Of a stretch of DNA of 64,000 bases, positions 55,017 through 64,000 are shown one piece after another; the stretch's first letter is position 1; every line of letters begins with the position of its first letter. This stretch comes from an uncultured virus (IMG/VR IMGVR_UViG_3300042507_002727) (lineage: Duplodnaviria; Heunggongvirae; Uroviricota; Caudoviricetes): IMG/VR virus record IMGVR_UViG_3300042507_002727. One strand, 5' to 3'. The position numbers were made by a program, and so were the translations under genes. A model generated the notes under the pieces. That model made no database searches and was not told the origin of the DNA. It was given only the letters and a program-made list of their open reading frames with translations.

Positions 55017-55433
55017 TTAAATGAGAACATTTGGAAGGTGGCCATGATTTCCTTCATGAGATGGAGCTTGCCAACCCTCAGGCTTGAGCAGATCCGGCAA
55101 TCCAAAAGGATTCGGGCGCCCAGGCTTGACACCAGGAGACTTAGACATGTTTGCTTCGTATACTTTATCCCAAGCAGCCTTTGCATCAACACCAAACACG
55201 TCGAGAGTACCGAGTGCAAAGACAACGAGATCGATGAGACCGTCGACTACCTCTTCAGAATCTTTTGCGGCGTATGCAGCGACCGTTTCGTCAAGTTCTT
55301 CCTTGCACATAGAGAGACGGAACTCAAGATACTTGTCCATCAGATCTTTGTCGTGCTTGTTCTTTTCGAACCACTCGTGCACTCCAAACTTGTTGTGCAT
55401 CATATACATGTCATGGATAAGGTCAGCTGACAT
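55017..55433 (-). CDS. MazG-like all-alpha NTP pyrophosphohydrolase
   Basis: EELDE...EEVVDGLIDL...VYEANMSK...DLLKPEGW. Confidence 0.8.
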   Translation of the reverse strand: MSADLIHDMYMMHNKFGVHEWFEKNKHDKDLMDKYLEFRLSMCKEELDETVAAYAAKDSEEVVDGLIDLVVFALGTLDVFGVDAKAAWDKVYEANMSKSPGVKPGRPNPFGLPDLLKPEGWQAPSHEGNHGHLPNVLI

Positions 55434-55626
55434 ATTTAACTCCTTCAGATTTCAAACAGGCTTCGATAGAAGTGATCTCATCTTTAATTGATAGCTTAAT
55501 TCGCTTTTGAGTGTTGATCATTTCTTCAGGAGCTTTCTCTCCTTCCAATGCTTCAACCAAGTTATGTACTGCAGTATGCTTTTCTTTTAGAGACGCTAGT
55601 CTTTCTAGTCTGGTCTTTGGATCCAT
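55423..55626 (-). CDS. DUF465/YdcH-like small coiled-coil protein
   Basis: LKEKH...KRIKLSIKDEI pattern. Confidence 0.6.
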   Translation of the reverse strand: MDPKTRLERLASLKEKHTAVHNLVEALEGEKAPEEMINTQKRIKLSIKDEITSIEACLKSEGVKYVS

Positions 55627-55656
55627 TCTAATCTCCCCCTTGTTAGTTGATAATTC

Positions 55657-55684
55657 TTTATACCATAATATTTCAAAATGTCAA
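55657..55684 (-). promoter_or_regulatory. Sigma70-type promoter
   Basis: TTGACA-16-TATAAA just after the gp43 stop. Confidence 0.65.
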
Positions 55685-58213
55685 TCACATAAAAAACGAT
55701 TCGAGACTCGCAACCTTCTTGGATCTCCAACCGATCGCTTCAAGAATGCTTTCGATAGGTCCCAAGAAAACTTTTTCAAACTGAGTGTTATAGTCAATGT
55801 ACTTGTCCACGTTGAGTTCCTTTGGAAGAACGTTAGGAAACGAGATTACATTTTCTTTAATCGGGTTTGGTATATTGAGATACACGATCTTAATCTTGTC
55901 ACCACCACGGATCAGCTGATACCTATTCTCTAGCTTGTTTTCCTTCAAAGCTTTGTTGTATAGGATCGAACCACGAACGTGCATTGGGCAACCTCTTTTG
56001 TAGTCATTGCCTACCATGTACTTTTCAATATCGTCGGTACCAGAGATCTTTGCGATGTCTTCAGCCGGAAGATTAAAGAACTCTTCTCGGAAATCTTCGA
56101 TGAAGATTTGCACGTCGGACTCTGAGCCGTTCATAATCACCTCGAACGACTTTTTCATCTTCTCACGGCAAACTTCAGGAGTCGACGAACGAACCGACTC
56201 GATACCGGTAACACTGATCTTTGGCTTTGCGTAGTGAACACCTTCAGAGTTGAGAACGTTCATAATGTATCGCTTTTTGGCGACGAACACAGACTTATCT
56301 GTAATCTTTTCGCGTTTCATAACCATCGCGTTACGGCAAGCACCCATCTTTTTTGCGAGGTTCTCGTATCCGAGAGCGATGACCGCCTCGAGCTTTTCCT
56401 TACATACGTTGTCAAGGAATTCTTCACCGGTCTTTCGATCGATGTCTGTTGTTCCGAACACTGCCTGGATAAGAGGACCAAAGTTCACGTAGATGGAGTC
56501 GGTATCGATATAGACGATGTAGTCTACATCGGTCGTCTTTAGTACTTTATTGAGATATTTGTTGACAGATTTTTCGGCATAACGAATTGACAGTTGACCT
56601 GAAGTGGTAATCGCTTCTGCCATCTCGCCGATATAGTAAAGGAAGTAGACGTTTGCGGTCGCACCATATAGAGAGTTCATAGCAATCTTAATCGCCATCT
56701 GAGAGTTATGCAGCTGAGTCATCTGCTTCTTCAGATCCTTCTTTTTGTCCGGATCCTTCTCGTTTTCCATGGCTTGTTCAACAGCAAGCATTTCTTTCTT
56801 GATCTTTGAACGATTGCCATAGTACTCGTCAATGATCTCAGGAATTACACCTTTTACTTTATTGGTAAAGCAGACGCCATTTGCGCATGCAGAATATTCG
56901 GTGTCTGTGTTTTCAAACTGATCGTTAAGAACCATGTCTTGTGTAACATAGACTCTCTTATCTTGCATATGAGTCTCAGGCGACATATTATACTGAAGCA
57001 TCAGATGCGGATACAGAGAGTTAAGGTCGAACGATACGATCCACTTATGCATACCGACCTTTGGATCCTTCACGTAACCACCGACGAGATCCTTTCCACG
57101 ATCACCAGGACCACCCTTGATCTGCGGAACACGATTGTCTCGAATAAGTCGACGATACAGAGTGGTTTCCCAGATACCAACGGTGCCGAAGGCATCGCTG
57201 AAGTTAACGCCGCCGCCATATGCGACAGTCATAACGAGAGCGAGAAGAGCCGTTTCGTCTTCGAACTGTTGAATGAGCCATGTATCCTTGAGGTTATAGT
57301 CGAGATACAGTTGCGGGTTTTGATCGTATAGAGCCGTAAGGTTACCATACTCGGAATAATCCAGCTTCTTTTCGCCAAGGATAACGTGAGCGATATGATC
57401 GAGTTTGTAGGACTCTTGAGGACCATACTTATAACCGAACTTCTTAAACGCGTCCATATAGTCAATCACGGTCATACCAGAGATTGCATATGTTGACTGT
57501 GGCTTGCCAAAGATCTCTCGAGTATTCTTACGAATGGATCCCCACGGCGACAGCTTCTTTGCAGTATCCTCGCCAAACAGACGAATGATACGAGTTACGA
57601 TGTACATAATGTCAAAGTACTCAACGTTCCAACCGGTTACAACATCGGGATAGTCGTTCTGCCAGATCTGCATGAACCTACGAAGCAGAGCCTGCTCAGT
57701 GTCAAACTTCATGAACTGAATGTTTTCTGGATCGATCTTAAGAAGAGTCTTGCTCTTATCATAATCTTTACGACCGAGCAGATGATACGTATCAGACTTA
57801 GACGATTTAATCGCGATCGAGGTAATCTCTTTATCGGCTTCATCGATGTTGGCATAACCGTCTCGAATATCAACTTCGATGTCGAACGAAAAGATGTTAA
57901 TCTTTTTCATATCGAACTGAATGTTGTCAGGATATTGTTCTTGAATAAACTGAGTTACGTAGTTTGTGTTGCCGTGGATCTCAAGGCCACGAACGTCTTT
58001 GTGGCGTTCAATAAACTCTTTTGCTTCAGCCATCGAGTCACAGACTCGCGGACCAAGTGGCCGATCACCAATCAGCGACTTATATGCGCCGTCCTTGGAT
58101 GGAAGAAAGAGCGTTGGACGATACTGATGGCGTCGCATGAACTGCTTTCCATCTTCATATCCACGCCAGAGAATTGTATTGCCGTATCGTTCAACGTTCG
58201 TATAGAAATTCAT
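55685..58213 (-). CDS. gp43: DNA polymerase, family B (gp43)
   Basis: FDIEV, TGWNVEYFDI, SFDLNSLYPH, KIAMNSLYGA, YIDTDS, AKKRY. Confidence 0.97.
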   Translation of the reverse strand: MNFYTNVERYGNTILWRGYEDGKQFMRRHQYRPTLFLPSKDGAYKSLIGDRPLGPRVCDSMAEAKEFIERHKDVRGLEIHGNTNYVTQFIQEQYPDNIQFDMKKINIFSFDIEVDIRDGYANIDEADKEITSIAIKSSKSDTYHLLGRKDYDKSKTLLKIDPENIQFMKFDTEQALLRRFMQIWQNDYPDVVTGWNVEYFDIMYIVTRIIRLFGEDTAKKLSPWGSIRKNTREIFGKPQSTYAISGMTVIDYMDAFKKFGYKYGPQESYKLDHIAHVILGEKKLDYSEYGNLTALYDQNPQLYLDYNLKDTWLIQQFEDETALLALVMTVAYGGGVNFSDAFGTVGIWETTLYRRLIRDNRVPQIKGGPGDRGKDLVGGYVKDPKVGMHKWIVSFDLNSLYPHLMLQYNMSPETHMQDKRVYVTQDMVLNDQFENTDTEYSACANGVCFTNKVKGVIPEIIDEYYGNRSKIKKEMLAVEQAMENEKDPDKKKDLKKQMTQLHNSQMAIKIAMNSLYGATANVYFLYYIGEMAEAITTSGQLSIRYAEKSVNKYLNKVLKTTDVDYIVYIDTDSIYVNFGPLIQAVFGTTDIDRKTGEEFLDNVCKEKLEAVIALGYENLAKKMGACRNAMVMKREKITDKSVFVAKKRYIMNVLNSEGVHYAKPKISVTGIESVRSSTPEVCREKMKKSFEVIMNGSESDVQIFIEDFREEFFNLPAEDIAKISGTDDIEKYMVGNDYKRGCPMHVRGSILYNKALKENKLENRYQLIRGGDKIKIVYLNIPNPIKENVISFPNVLPKELNVDKYIDYNTQFEKVFLGPIESILEAIGWRSKKVASLESFFM

Positions 58214-58434
58214 AGTATACCTTTCAAGTATTCAACAACAAAGTGTTCTGTCGGTTGGTCAGATCTTTGTATCATTTTTCCATCATACACCATAACTTGA
58301 TATTTGTCAACCAACTTAACTACAGTTATGCGAGAGTCGCTTCGAAAAAAATCCATGGCATCACCAGTTTCTTTGCGAAAATGAGAGTCATATGCGTATC
58401 CTTTCTCTCCGAGGAATGCGTTTACTTCTTTCAA
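58210..58434 (-). CDS. Hypothetical protein
   Basis: 74 aa ORF with AGGAG upstream and ATGA overlap with gp43. Confidence 0.6.
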   Translation of the reverse strand: MKEVNAFLGEKGYAYDSHFRKETGDAMDFFRSDSRITVVKLVDKYQVMVYDGKMIQRSDQPTEHFVVEYLKGIL

Positions 58435-58443
58435 TCTTTACTC

Positions 58444-60156
58444 CTATGCTGCGATCTGGCTGAAGTTCTTTACCTTTTCAAATTTAATATGCGAGTCGAA
58501 CTTTTCTCCAAACTGATCTGACCGGTGAGAGATCACAAAGATGTTATCGTTGTTGTTCAGATTGTGCAGAGTGTCAATTAGATTTTCAACACCGGCGCCA
58601 TCCATCGCACCATCCAACGTTTCATCAAGTATCAGCAGGTTCGTTGAGACTGAGTTGCGAAGTTTTGCTACGGCTCGCCACGACAACATGATGGACAAAG
58701 AAATTCTCAGCTTTTCGCCTTCCGAGAACGAAGCATACGAAAAGGCGTCACGAAAGCGAGACTTAATTACCTCGTTAAAGTTTTCATCAAGATGAAAGTC
58801 AACAAAGAGTTCAAACGCAGACAGATATTTGTTGATGAGTTTGTTCATAACTGGAATGTACTGGCGAATGATACGAGTCTTAATACCGCCGTCCTTTAGC
58901 ATTGCTGCAGCTACACCAAGAGTTTCTCTTTCATCAAACAGTTTTGTCTGATCCGCCTGAAGATCCTTCAGACCTTTATTATATTCTTCGAGCTTGCTTG
59001 TGTCAACTTCTTCGACTTCTTTCTCTGCGGCATCGAGGTCATCCTTAAACGATTTAAGAGCATTCATAGACATCTTAATATGAGCTCGGTGTTCGCCGAT
59101 CTTTAGGTTGTGCGTTTGAATTGTATCCTCGACCTTTGAGATCTCCTCGACACGAGCTTCGATCTCAGCAATCTTTGCTTCGATCTCTGTAAGACCAGTT
59201 TCGGCTTCGTTCTTCTTTTGGTTACGGTCAGTGACGATCGTTTCCTTAAAGTCGTGATCGATTCCTTGCTTACACGTCGGGCAGTTGTCATTATCGTGAT
59301 AGAAGTTTAGATCCTTGAGATAACCACGAAGAACGCCGTCCAGTTCCTGTCGAATGCTCTTTGTTCTATCGAGTTTCTTCTTCACCGCTGGTTTGTCCTC
59401 GATCGAGGCAATCAAACCACTAATGATCGTTTCGATACCTTCGATATGAATCTTTTCTTCTTCAATACGATCGATATGTTCCTGCATACGTTCACGTATC
59501 TTGCTAACTTCGCTTTCACGGATCTTACGGATTGAGTCGTTATGTTCGACTGCGGACTCGATCTTTGATTTGATTAGATCAATCTGATAGTTATTGTCTG
59601 TGATCGATTCCTTATTCAGACTTACACGATCCTTTAGAAGAAGGTTCATTGTACTGAACACCTGAATGTCTAGCAGATCCTCAATAATCTCTCTTCGCTG
59701 ATAAGCCGGCAGTTCCATAAACGGAACATATGTTGCACTACCAAGGACAACGATCTGATTGAACGACTTGTAGTTTAGACCAAGGATGTTCTGCTCGAGG
59801 TATGCCTGATAGTCACGAGCTGCAGCATCCTGGTTGACGAGTTCACCGTTTCGATAGATCTCAAAGATGTTTGGTTTCATACCACGACGAATTCGATAAT
59901 CGTTGCCGGATACAGTAAAGTCCACTTCAACGACGAGATCTTTTACGTTGATCGTATTAATCAACTGCGGCTTATTGATCTTACGAAACGGTTTTCCGTA
60001 TAGAGCAAAGGTAATCGCATCGAGGATAGTACTCTTTCCGCTACCATTCGTTCCGCTCACCAACGTGGTTCTACTCTTATTAAGTTGTATCTCAGTGAAA
60101 ACATTCCCGGTCGACAGAATGTTCTTATATCGTATCTTATTAAATTGGATATTCAT
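58444..60156 (-). CDS. gp46: Recombination ATPase gp46 (Rad50/SbcC-like)
   Basis: GTNGSGKST, CPTC hook, FSEGEK, LILDE. Confidence 0.96.
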   Translation of the reverse strand: MNIQFNKIRYKNILSTGNVFTEIQLNKSRTTLVSGTNGSGKSTILDAITFALYGKPFRKINKPQLINTINVKDLVVEVDFTVSGNDYRIRRGMKPNIFEIYRNGELVNQDAAARDYQAYLEQNILGLNYKSFNQIVVLGSATYVPFMELPAYQRREIIEDLLDIQVFSTMNLLLKDRVSLNKESITDNNYQIDLIKSKIESAVEHNDSIRKIRESEVSKIRERMQEHIDRIEEEKIHIEGIETIISGLIASIEDKPAVKKKLDRTKSIRQELDGVLRGYLKDLNFYHDNDNCPTCKQGIDHDFKETIVTDRNQKKNEAETGLTEIEAKIAEIEARVEEISKVEDTIQTHNLKIGEHRAHIKMSMNALKSFKDDLDAAEKEVEEVDTSKLEEYNKGLKDLQADQTKLFDERETLGVAAAMLKDGGIKTRIIRQYIPVMNKLINKYLSAFELFVDFHLDENFNEVIKSRFRDAFSYASFSEGEKLRISLSIMLSWRAVAKLRNSVSTNLLILDETLDGAMDGAGVENLIDTLHNLNNNDNIFVISHRSDQFGEKFDSHIKFEKVKNFSQIAA

Positions 60157-61217
60157 TGTATACTCATTGCCTCAATGTAAAGATCGTCGATAACTTTCTT
60201 AATCTTCTTTTTATCAGTCGTGGTTTCGATTGAATCAATATAGTTATGAAGAATATCCTTCGTGTCTTGCGTTTCGTCAAGTATGTCAGAGACTCCAGCC
60301 GACTCAAGGTTCAGAGAGTCATCGACCGACTTGACATCGGCTGCGCCAGACTCAGACAGCTTGTTGAGAAACATATCGTACAGGTATGAATTGGTTCGAT
60401 ACTTGACGATCACCTTCACGTATGTATTCTTAAGAACGTCTGTATTGATATTCGCAACATCATCGATAGTCATATCACGATCATCATAGTCTATCTTATG
60501 AAAGATGCGGTTTGGATTTTCAACAAGCGTGATGTCTCGAGTGTTTGCGTCGAACACATGAAAACCACGACGGCCTGCATAATCCGACCAAGTCATTTCA
60601 TACTGTGCGCCAAGGTACTTGATGTTACCATATTCAGACGGATGATGAAAGTGACCGGAGTAGACAGCTTGAAACCGCGTAAACACATCCTTTTTCAGAC
60701 CATGATCGCACACCGATCCCTTTAACATCTCGAAACCTTCGATTGCGAAATGGCCGAGTAGTACTTGAGCATTCGTCTTTTCGATAGCTTCGAGACAGAT
60801 GTCCTCATTATCCTTCGTGATCCATGGAACCATCATAAACTGAGTTGAGCCAAATGTCAACTCCTTTGGTTCTTTCTCGTATATATGAAATTTATCGTAC
60901 TCTCGAAGCAGCAGATCCATCGAGTTGACTTCATTTGTATTCGTAAAGTATACACTGTGGTTTCCAACGATCGCATGATACTCGATACCTCGAGCCCAAA
61001 GCTGATTAAAGAAGAACTCCTTGACTCTCTTGAGAGTAACATAATTGATGTACTTTCTACGATCAAACGTGTCACCAAGGTCAAACACGATACGAATGCC
61101 ATGTTCGTCAAGATATGGAAAGAATACTTCACGAAAGAATTTCTCTTGATGGTCTAAAAATACTTGACTATCACCTCTCACACCAAAGTGTGTATCATTA
61201 ATAATTGCAATCTTCAT
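60153..61217 (-). CDS. gp47: Recombination nuclease gp47 (Mre11/SbcD-like)
   Basis: DTHFG, LGDTFDRR, GNH, SGHFH. Confidence 0.95.
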   Translation of the reverse strand: MKIAIINDTHFGVRGDSQVFLDHQEKFFREVFFPYLDEHGIRIVFDLGDTFDRRKYINYVTLKRVKEFFFNQLWARGIEYHAIVGNHSVYFTNTNEVNSMDLLLREYDKFHIYEKEPKELTFGSTQFMMVPWITKDNEDICLEAIEKTNAQVLLGHFAIEGFEMLKGSVCDHGLKKDVFTRFQAVYSGHFHHPSEYGNIKYLGAQYEMTWSDYAGRRGFHVFDANTRDITLVENPNRIFHKIDYDDRDMTIDDVANINTDVLKNTYVKVIVKYRTNSYLYDMFLNKLSESGAADVKSVDDSLNLESAGVSDILDETQDTKDILHNYIDSIETTTDKKKIKKVIDDLYIEAMSIQ

Positions 61218-61234
61218 TTACGATTTCTTCCCAT

Positions 61235-61753
61235 TCACTTGTCAACGCCGTTAGCTTTTTCTTTACTCTTTGTCAACTTATTTTCAAAATCTTCAATGAA
61301 AGAATTCATATAGTCAGCACTGGTATTGAGATGCAGCTTTACTTCATCAGACTCATATGTTTCACCGTTCATCATCATGTTATGGGACGATTTAAAACGA
61401 ATGTACATCTGCTTCTTTTCTTTTTGAATTCTTCGAAGAAACGCATACCAGATCACCTGAGTAAAGTATGCGAATGGATTTGAAGACTTCATATGATCGA
61501 AATTGTTGATATACAGCAGACAGTTCTCAATACCGTCCATGATCATATCTTCTTTATATGAATACCCTGAAAAGTTTGGTTTGGTCGCCAATCTCGTTGC
61601 AATCTGATATATGCACTCACCGATGTAGTTTGGAACCTTCGGTATCTCGTCGCCTTGATCTTCAGCCTCTTTGCACTTGTTCTTGTAGTTGATAAGAGCT
61701 TCGAGTAAGTCTTTGTTGTTAACGTAGTTTCTTTTAATTCTTTTTTGTGTCAT
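61235..61753 (-). CDS. gp55: Late sigma factor gp55
   Basis: NYVNNKDL...PNFSGYSYKEDMIMDGIENC...NPFAYFTQ...AFLRRIQKEKKQ. Confidence 0.95.
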   Translation of the reverse strand: MTQKRIKRNYVNNKDLLEALINYKNKCKEAEDQGDEIPKVPNYIGECIYQIATRLATKPNFSGYSYKEDMIMDGIENCLLYINNFDHMKSSNPFAYFTQVIWYAFLRRIQKEKKQMYIRFKSSHNMMMNGETYESDEVKLHLNTSADYMNSFIEDFENKLTKSKEKANGVDK

Positions 61754-61783
61754 AAGGAGCCCTTCTTATACTAACGTATTGTT

Positions 61784-61813
61784 ATAATATAAACCAAAAT
61801 AGAAAAATGTCAA
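61784..61813 (-). promoter_or_regulatory. Sigma70-type promoter for gp55
   Basis: TTGACA followed by TATATT (16 nt spacer) or TATTAT (18 nt spacer). Confidence 0.6.
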
Positions 61814-61859
61814 CTACTTAGTGACCGATAACTTATTTCGTTATAGATGCATTTTTTGG

Positions 61860-61887
61860 TTGACATTTCCTGTAGAGCTTGTATAAT
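61860..61887 (+). promoter_or_regulatory. Consensus sigma70 promoter pointing antisense into uvsW
   Basis: TTGACA-16-TATAAT. Confidence 0.6.
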
Positions 61888-61916
61888 CAGAATTAATATT
61901 CTGGCAGTTGTGGAAT

Positions 61917-63410
61917 CTACTCCAATGGAATCGTGTAGATCTTAAACTCAAACTGTTCCGATGAGTAGATCTCGATACGACGTCTGAAGTGGTTCAGAGT
62001 ATAGTTCGTAAACTCTCCGATAGAGAGATCGTCTGCGATGTCGTAGAGAGTTGCTTTGTCGGATCCGTTTCCTTTTCGCAAGGATCTTCCGATAGACTGA
62101 AGTACTTTGATCTCTGACTTTGATCCAGATGCAAAGATAACATTGTCCAAACGTTTAATGTTGACACCTGTTGAAAACACTCCGTAGGAGGCAAGGATGT
62201 CATGCTTTTTTTCTGGATCATTCTCGACCAAGTGACGTATAGCTTCACGGTCTTCCCCATCGACTCCACCATATATAAAATGGAGTTCACGATCGCCTCT
62301 GCGAAGCAGAGGCTCGAGGACCTTACCATGTTTTTCGACCAAGTCAAATAGAATAAGATTGTTCTGACCCTTGAGAGACCAGACAAGGTTTCGAATGAAA
62401 AGATTTCTTTTTTCGTTGGTTATCAGATATTCTCTTTCAGCAGGCCACTTTTTCTGTTTCACCTTTATGGTGTTGAGTGCCTTACGAAACTCTTTCTTCT
62501 TATCCTCTGGGTACTGAAGAACGAGAGCGTTTACCTTAAACTCTGCGACGGTTCCATCGTCTATCAGATCCTTCGTTTTCACGTATCGCTTTATGCTACC
62601 GAAGCAGCCTTCGAGAACAAGGTGGTGAGCTTTACTCTCTGAAGAGATCGTGCCTGTGAACCCGTGACGATATGGAGCATTCGTTAGCTTTTCCATGATC
62701 GTTGTGAGAGATTTTGCTTGGAACAAATGAGCTTCGTCTCCAAGTACTACACGGAACTGATCAAACCATTCCTTCGGCTGCTTGATGAGCGACTGCCAAG
62801 TACTGATTACGATTGGCGCTACTGTTTCCTTATCAACACCGCCCTGTATCTTGTACACTAACTTAGGATCGCATCCATAGTCAACAAAGTCTCCAGCCAT
62901 CTGATGAACGAGAGAAATCGTTGGAACGATAATCAGAGTCCTGTGACCAAAGCACTGATAGTAGTGTTGCTGTATTAAATATATGATGAGTGACTTACCA
63001 GAAGAAGTCGGCGATAACGAAAGCGATCTACGAGATCTGAGAGCATTCACTATGTAGTCGTTCTGATAGTCACGAGGAGAAAACTTTGAGTTGATCTCCT
63101 TGGCGATTTCGTAACCATAATCATCCGGAATATCTTCCGGCTTGATCATATCATCTGGAGCATCCAGAGTATAGTTACGATCATCGCAAAATTTTTTGAG
63201 GTAGTTGAGTAGTCCCGTGTATAGAACCGGTCTGAGTGGCTGATATAATCTGACGTAGCCGTCCCAGACTCTTGCTTTGAACGCCGGTGAGAATTGATAG
63301 CCTTCTGGGCGAAATGAAAAGTAGTTCATTATCTCCTGACGTATAGCAGGATCTGCGAGCACTTTCATATGCACATCATTAAGACTCTCTACTCTAACTA
63401 CGTCACCCAT
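61917..63410 (-). CDS. uvsW: RNA-DNA/DNA helicase UvsW
   Basis: PRDYQ, SPTSSGKS, GDEAH, GFTGT, FSTGVNI, LQSIGRSLR; start set at ATG 63410. Confidence 0.95.
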   Translation of the reverse strand: MGDVVRVESLNDVHMKVLADPAIRQEIMNYFSFRPEGYQFSPAFKARVWDGYVRLYQPLRPVLYTGLLNYLKKFCDDRNYTLDAPDDMIKPEDIPDDYGYEIAKEINSKFSPRDYQNDYIVNALRSRRSLSLSPTSSGKSLIIYLIQQHYYQCFGHRTLIIVPTISLVHQMAGDFVDYGCDPKLVYKIQGGVDKETVAPIVISTWQSLIKQPKEWFDQFRVVLGDEAHLFQAKSLTTIMEKLTNAPYRHGFTGTISSESKAHHLVLEGCFGSIKRYVKTKDLIDDGTVAEFKVNALVLQYPEDKKKEFRKALNTIKVKQKKWPAEREYLITNEKRNLFIRNLVWSLKGQNNLILFDLVEKHGKVLEPLLRRGDRELHFIYGGVDGEDREAIRHLVENDPEKKHDILASYGVFSTGVNIKRLDNVIFASGSKSEIKVLQSIGRSLRKGNGSDKATLYDIADDLSIGEFTNYTLNHFRRRIEIYSSEQFEFKIYTIPLE

Positions 63411-63850
63411 TATCCACCGCCAGCTTGAAACTTTGACCAATCTATCATATTCTTAATGATATAATTTCTATTATTTATCTGTCTCACGATGTTTTCTAGA
63501 TACTTGGCGTTTTCCTCGTAGAACGAGATCTTAAGACTCAGTTCAATAACTTCTTTGTCGCTCTGAACATATCTCTCCATGTCGTTCTTAAGAACCTTAA
63601 GTGCAAAAGGTTTCCACCCTCTTTCCTTGAGTTCGAGCTCATCCATACTTCCGCTATAGTATTCGGTCTTCGCCTTCTCGAGTTCGATGAGATCGGCCTT
63701 GAGCTTCTTTATCTTAAGAGCTTCTTTATAGAATAGATTATAGTACTTATTATGAAGCTCAGGAATGCGTGCTGACTCGCGAAATAAATTCGTTTCGTCA
63801 ATCTTGCAGTCCTGAGCCCACATCTGATTAATTTTTTCAATGTCCATCAC
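63410..63850 (-). CDS. uvsY: Recombination mediator UvsY
   Basis: WAQDCKID...IPELHNKY...INNRNYIIKNMIDWSKFQAG. Confidence 0.9.
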   Translation of the reverse strand: MMDIEKINQMWAQDCKIDETNLFRESARIPELHNKYYNLFYKEALKIKKLKADLIELEKAKTEYYSGSMDELELKERGWKPFALKVLKNDMERYVQSDKEVIELSLKISFYEENAKYLENIVRQINNRNYIIKNMIDWSKFQAGGG

Positions 63851-63876
63851 AGAACTCCATCATACAAATAATTATA

Positions 63877-63905
63877 ACTATATTATAATATTAGGAAAAT
63901 GTCAA
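63877..63905 (-). promoter_or_regulatory. Sigma70-type promoter for uvsY-uvsW
   Basis: TTGACA-17-TATAGT. Confidence 0.65.
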
Positions 63906-64000
63906 TCGCTTTCTGATTTCAAAAGCTTTTCATAAGCTTCTGAATCAACGACGCCTTCCTTCAGAAGTCTCTCACGATTTACTCTATGCATATCCTGAAC
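63902..64000 (-). CDS. 3' end of an unidentified CDS (partial)
   Basis: Open frame ...VQDMHRVNRERLLKEGVVDSEAYEKLLKSESD* entering from the window edge. Confidence 0.4.
   Translation of the reverse strand, partial: VQDMHRVNRERLLKEGVVDSEAYEKLLKSESD

Noticed and set aside
55685..63410. Inteins or introns in gp43, gp46, gp47 or uvsW
   Set aside because: All four are of ordinary length with continuous motifs and no visible splicing signatures.
1..64000. tRNA or rRNA genes and alternative genetic code
   Set aside because: Intergenic gaps are short and I saw no cloverleaf by eye; TAA, TAG and TGA all end well-supported genes. tRNAscan-SE would be the decisive test.

Overview
This 64 kb window comes from a large T4-like myovirus, almost entirely coding and mostly on the minus strand. 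From left to right it holds five blocks. (1) An accessory island of about 10 kb: glycosyltransferases, a 2OG-Fe(II) oxygenase-like protein, a Tyr-x-Gly repeat protein, an NDP-sugar 4,6-dehydratase, TctC- and TctA-like transporter genes and a PP-loop protein. (2) Fibre and structural genes: a collagen-like fibre and a second fibre, both with S74 chaperone domains, and a DUF4815/VrlC-like protein. (3) The baseplate and tail module: gp8, 7, 6, 25, 5, 27-like, a split 53, 48, 4, 2, 54/19-like, 26, 51 and 29-like. (4) hsp20 with a ROSE-like 5' UTR, an alternative oxidase, dUTPase, regA and gp62/44/45. (5) A nucleotide and DNA modification cluster of about 11 kb around a close homologue of T4 gp42 dCMP hydroxymethylase, followed by gp43, 46, 47, 55, uvsW and uvsY. 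The best candidates for undescribed systems are the hydroxymethylcytosine hypermodification cluster (own sugar-activating nucleotidyltransferase-kinase, phosphatase, divergent glycosyltransferase and an atypical C5-methyltransferase), the fibre-plus-modifying-enzyme cassette whose Tyr-repeat protein looks like an out-and-back hairpin, and the PP-loop/TctA/TctC operon. GANTC motifs inside two early promoters hint at an alphaproteobacterial host. All calls come from motif recognition by eye; no database search was run.
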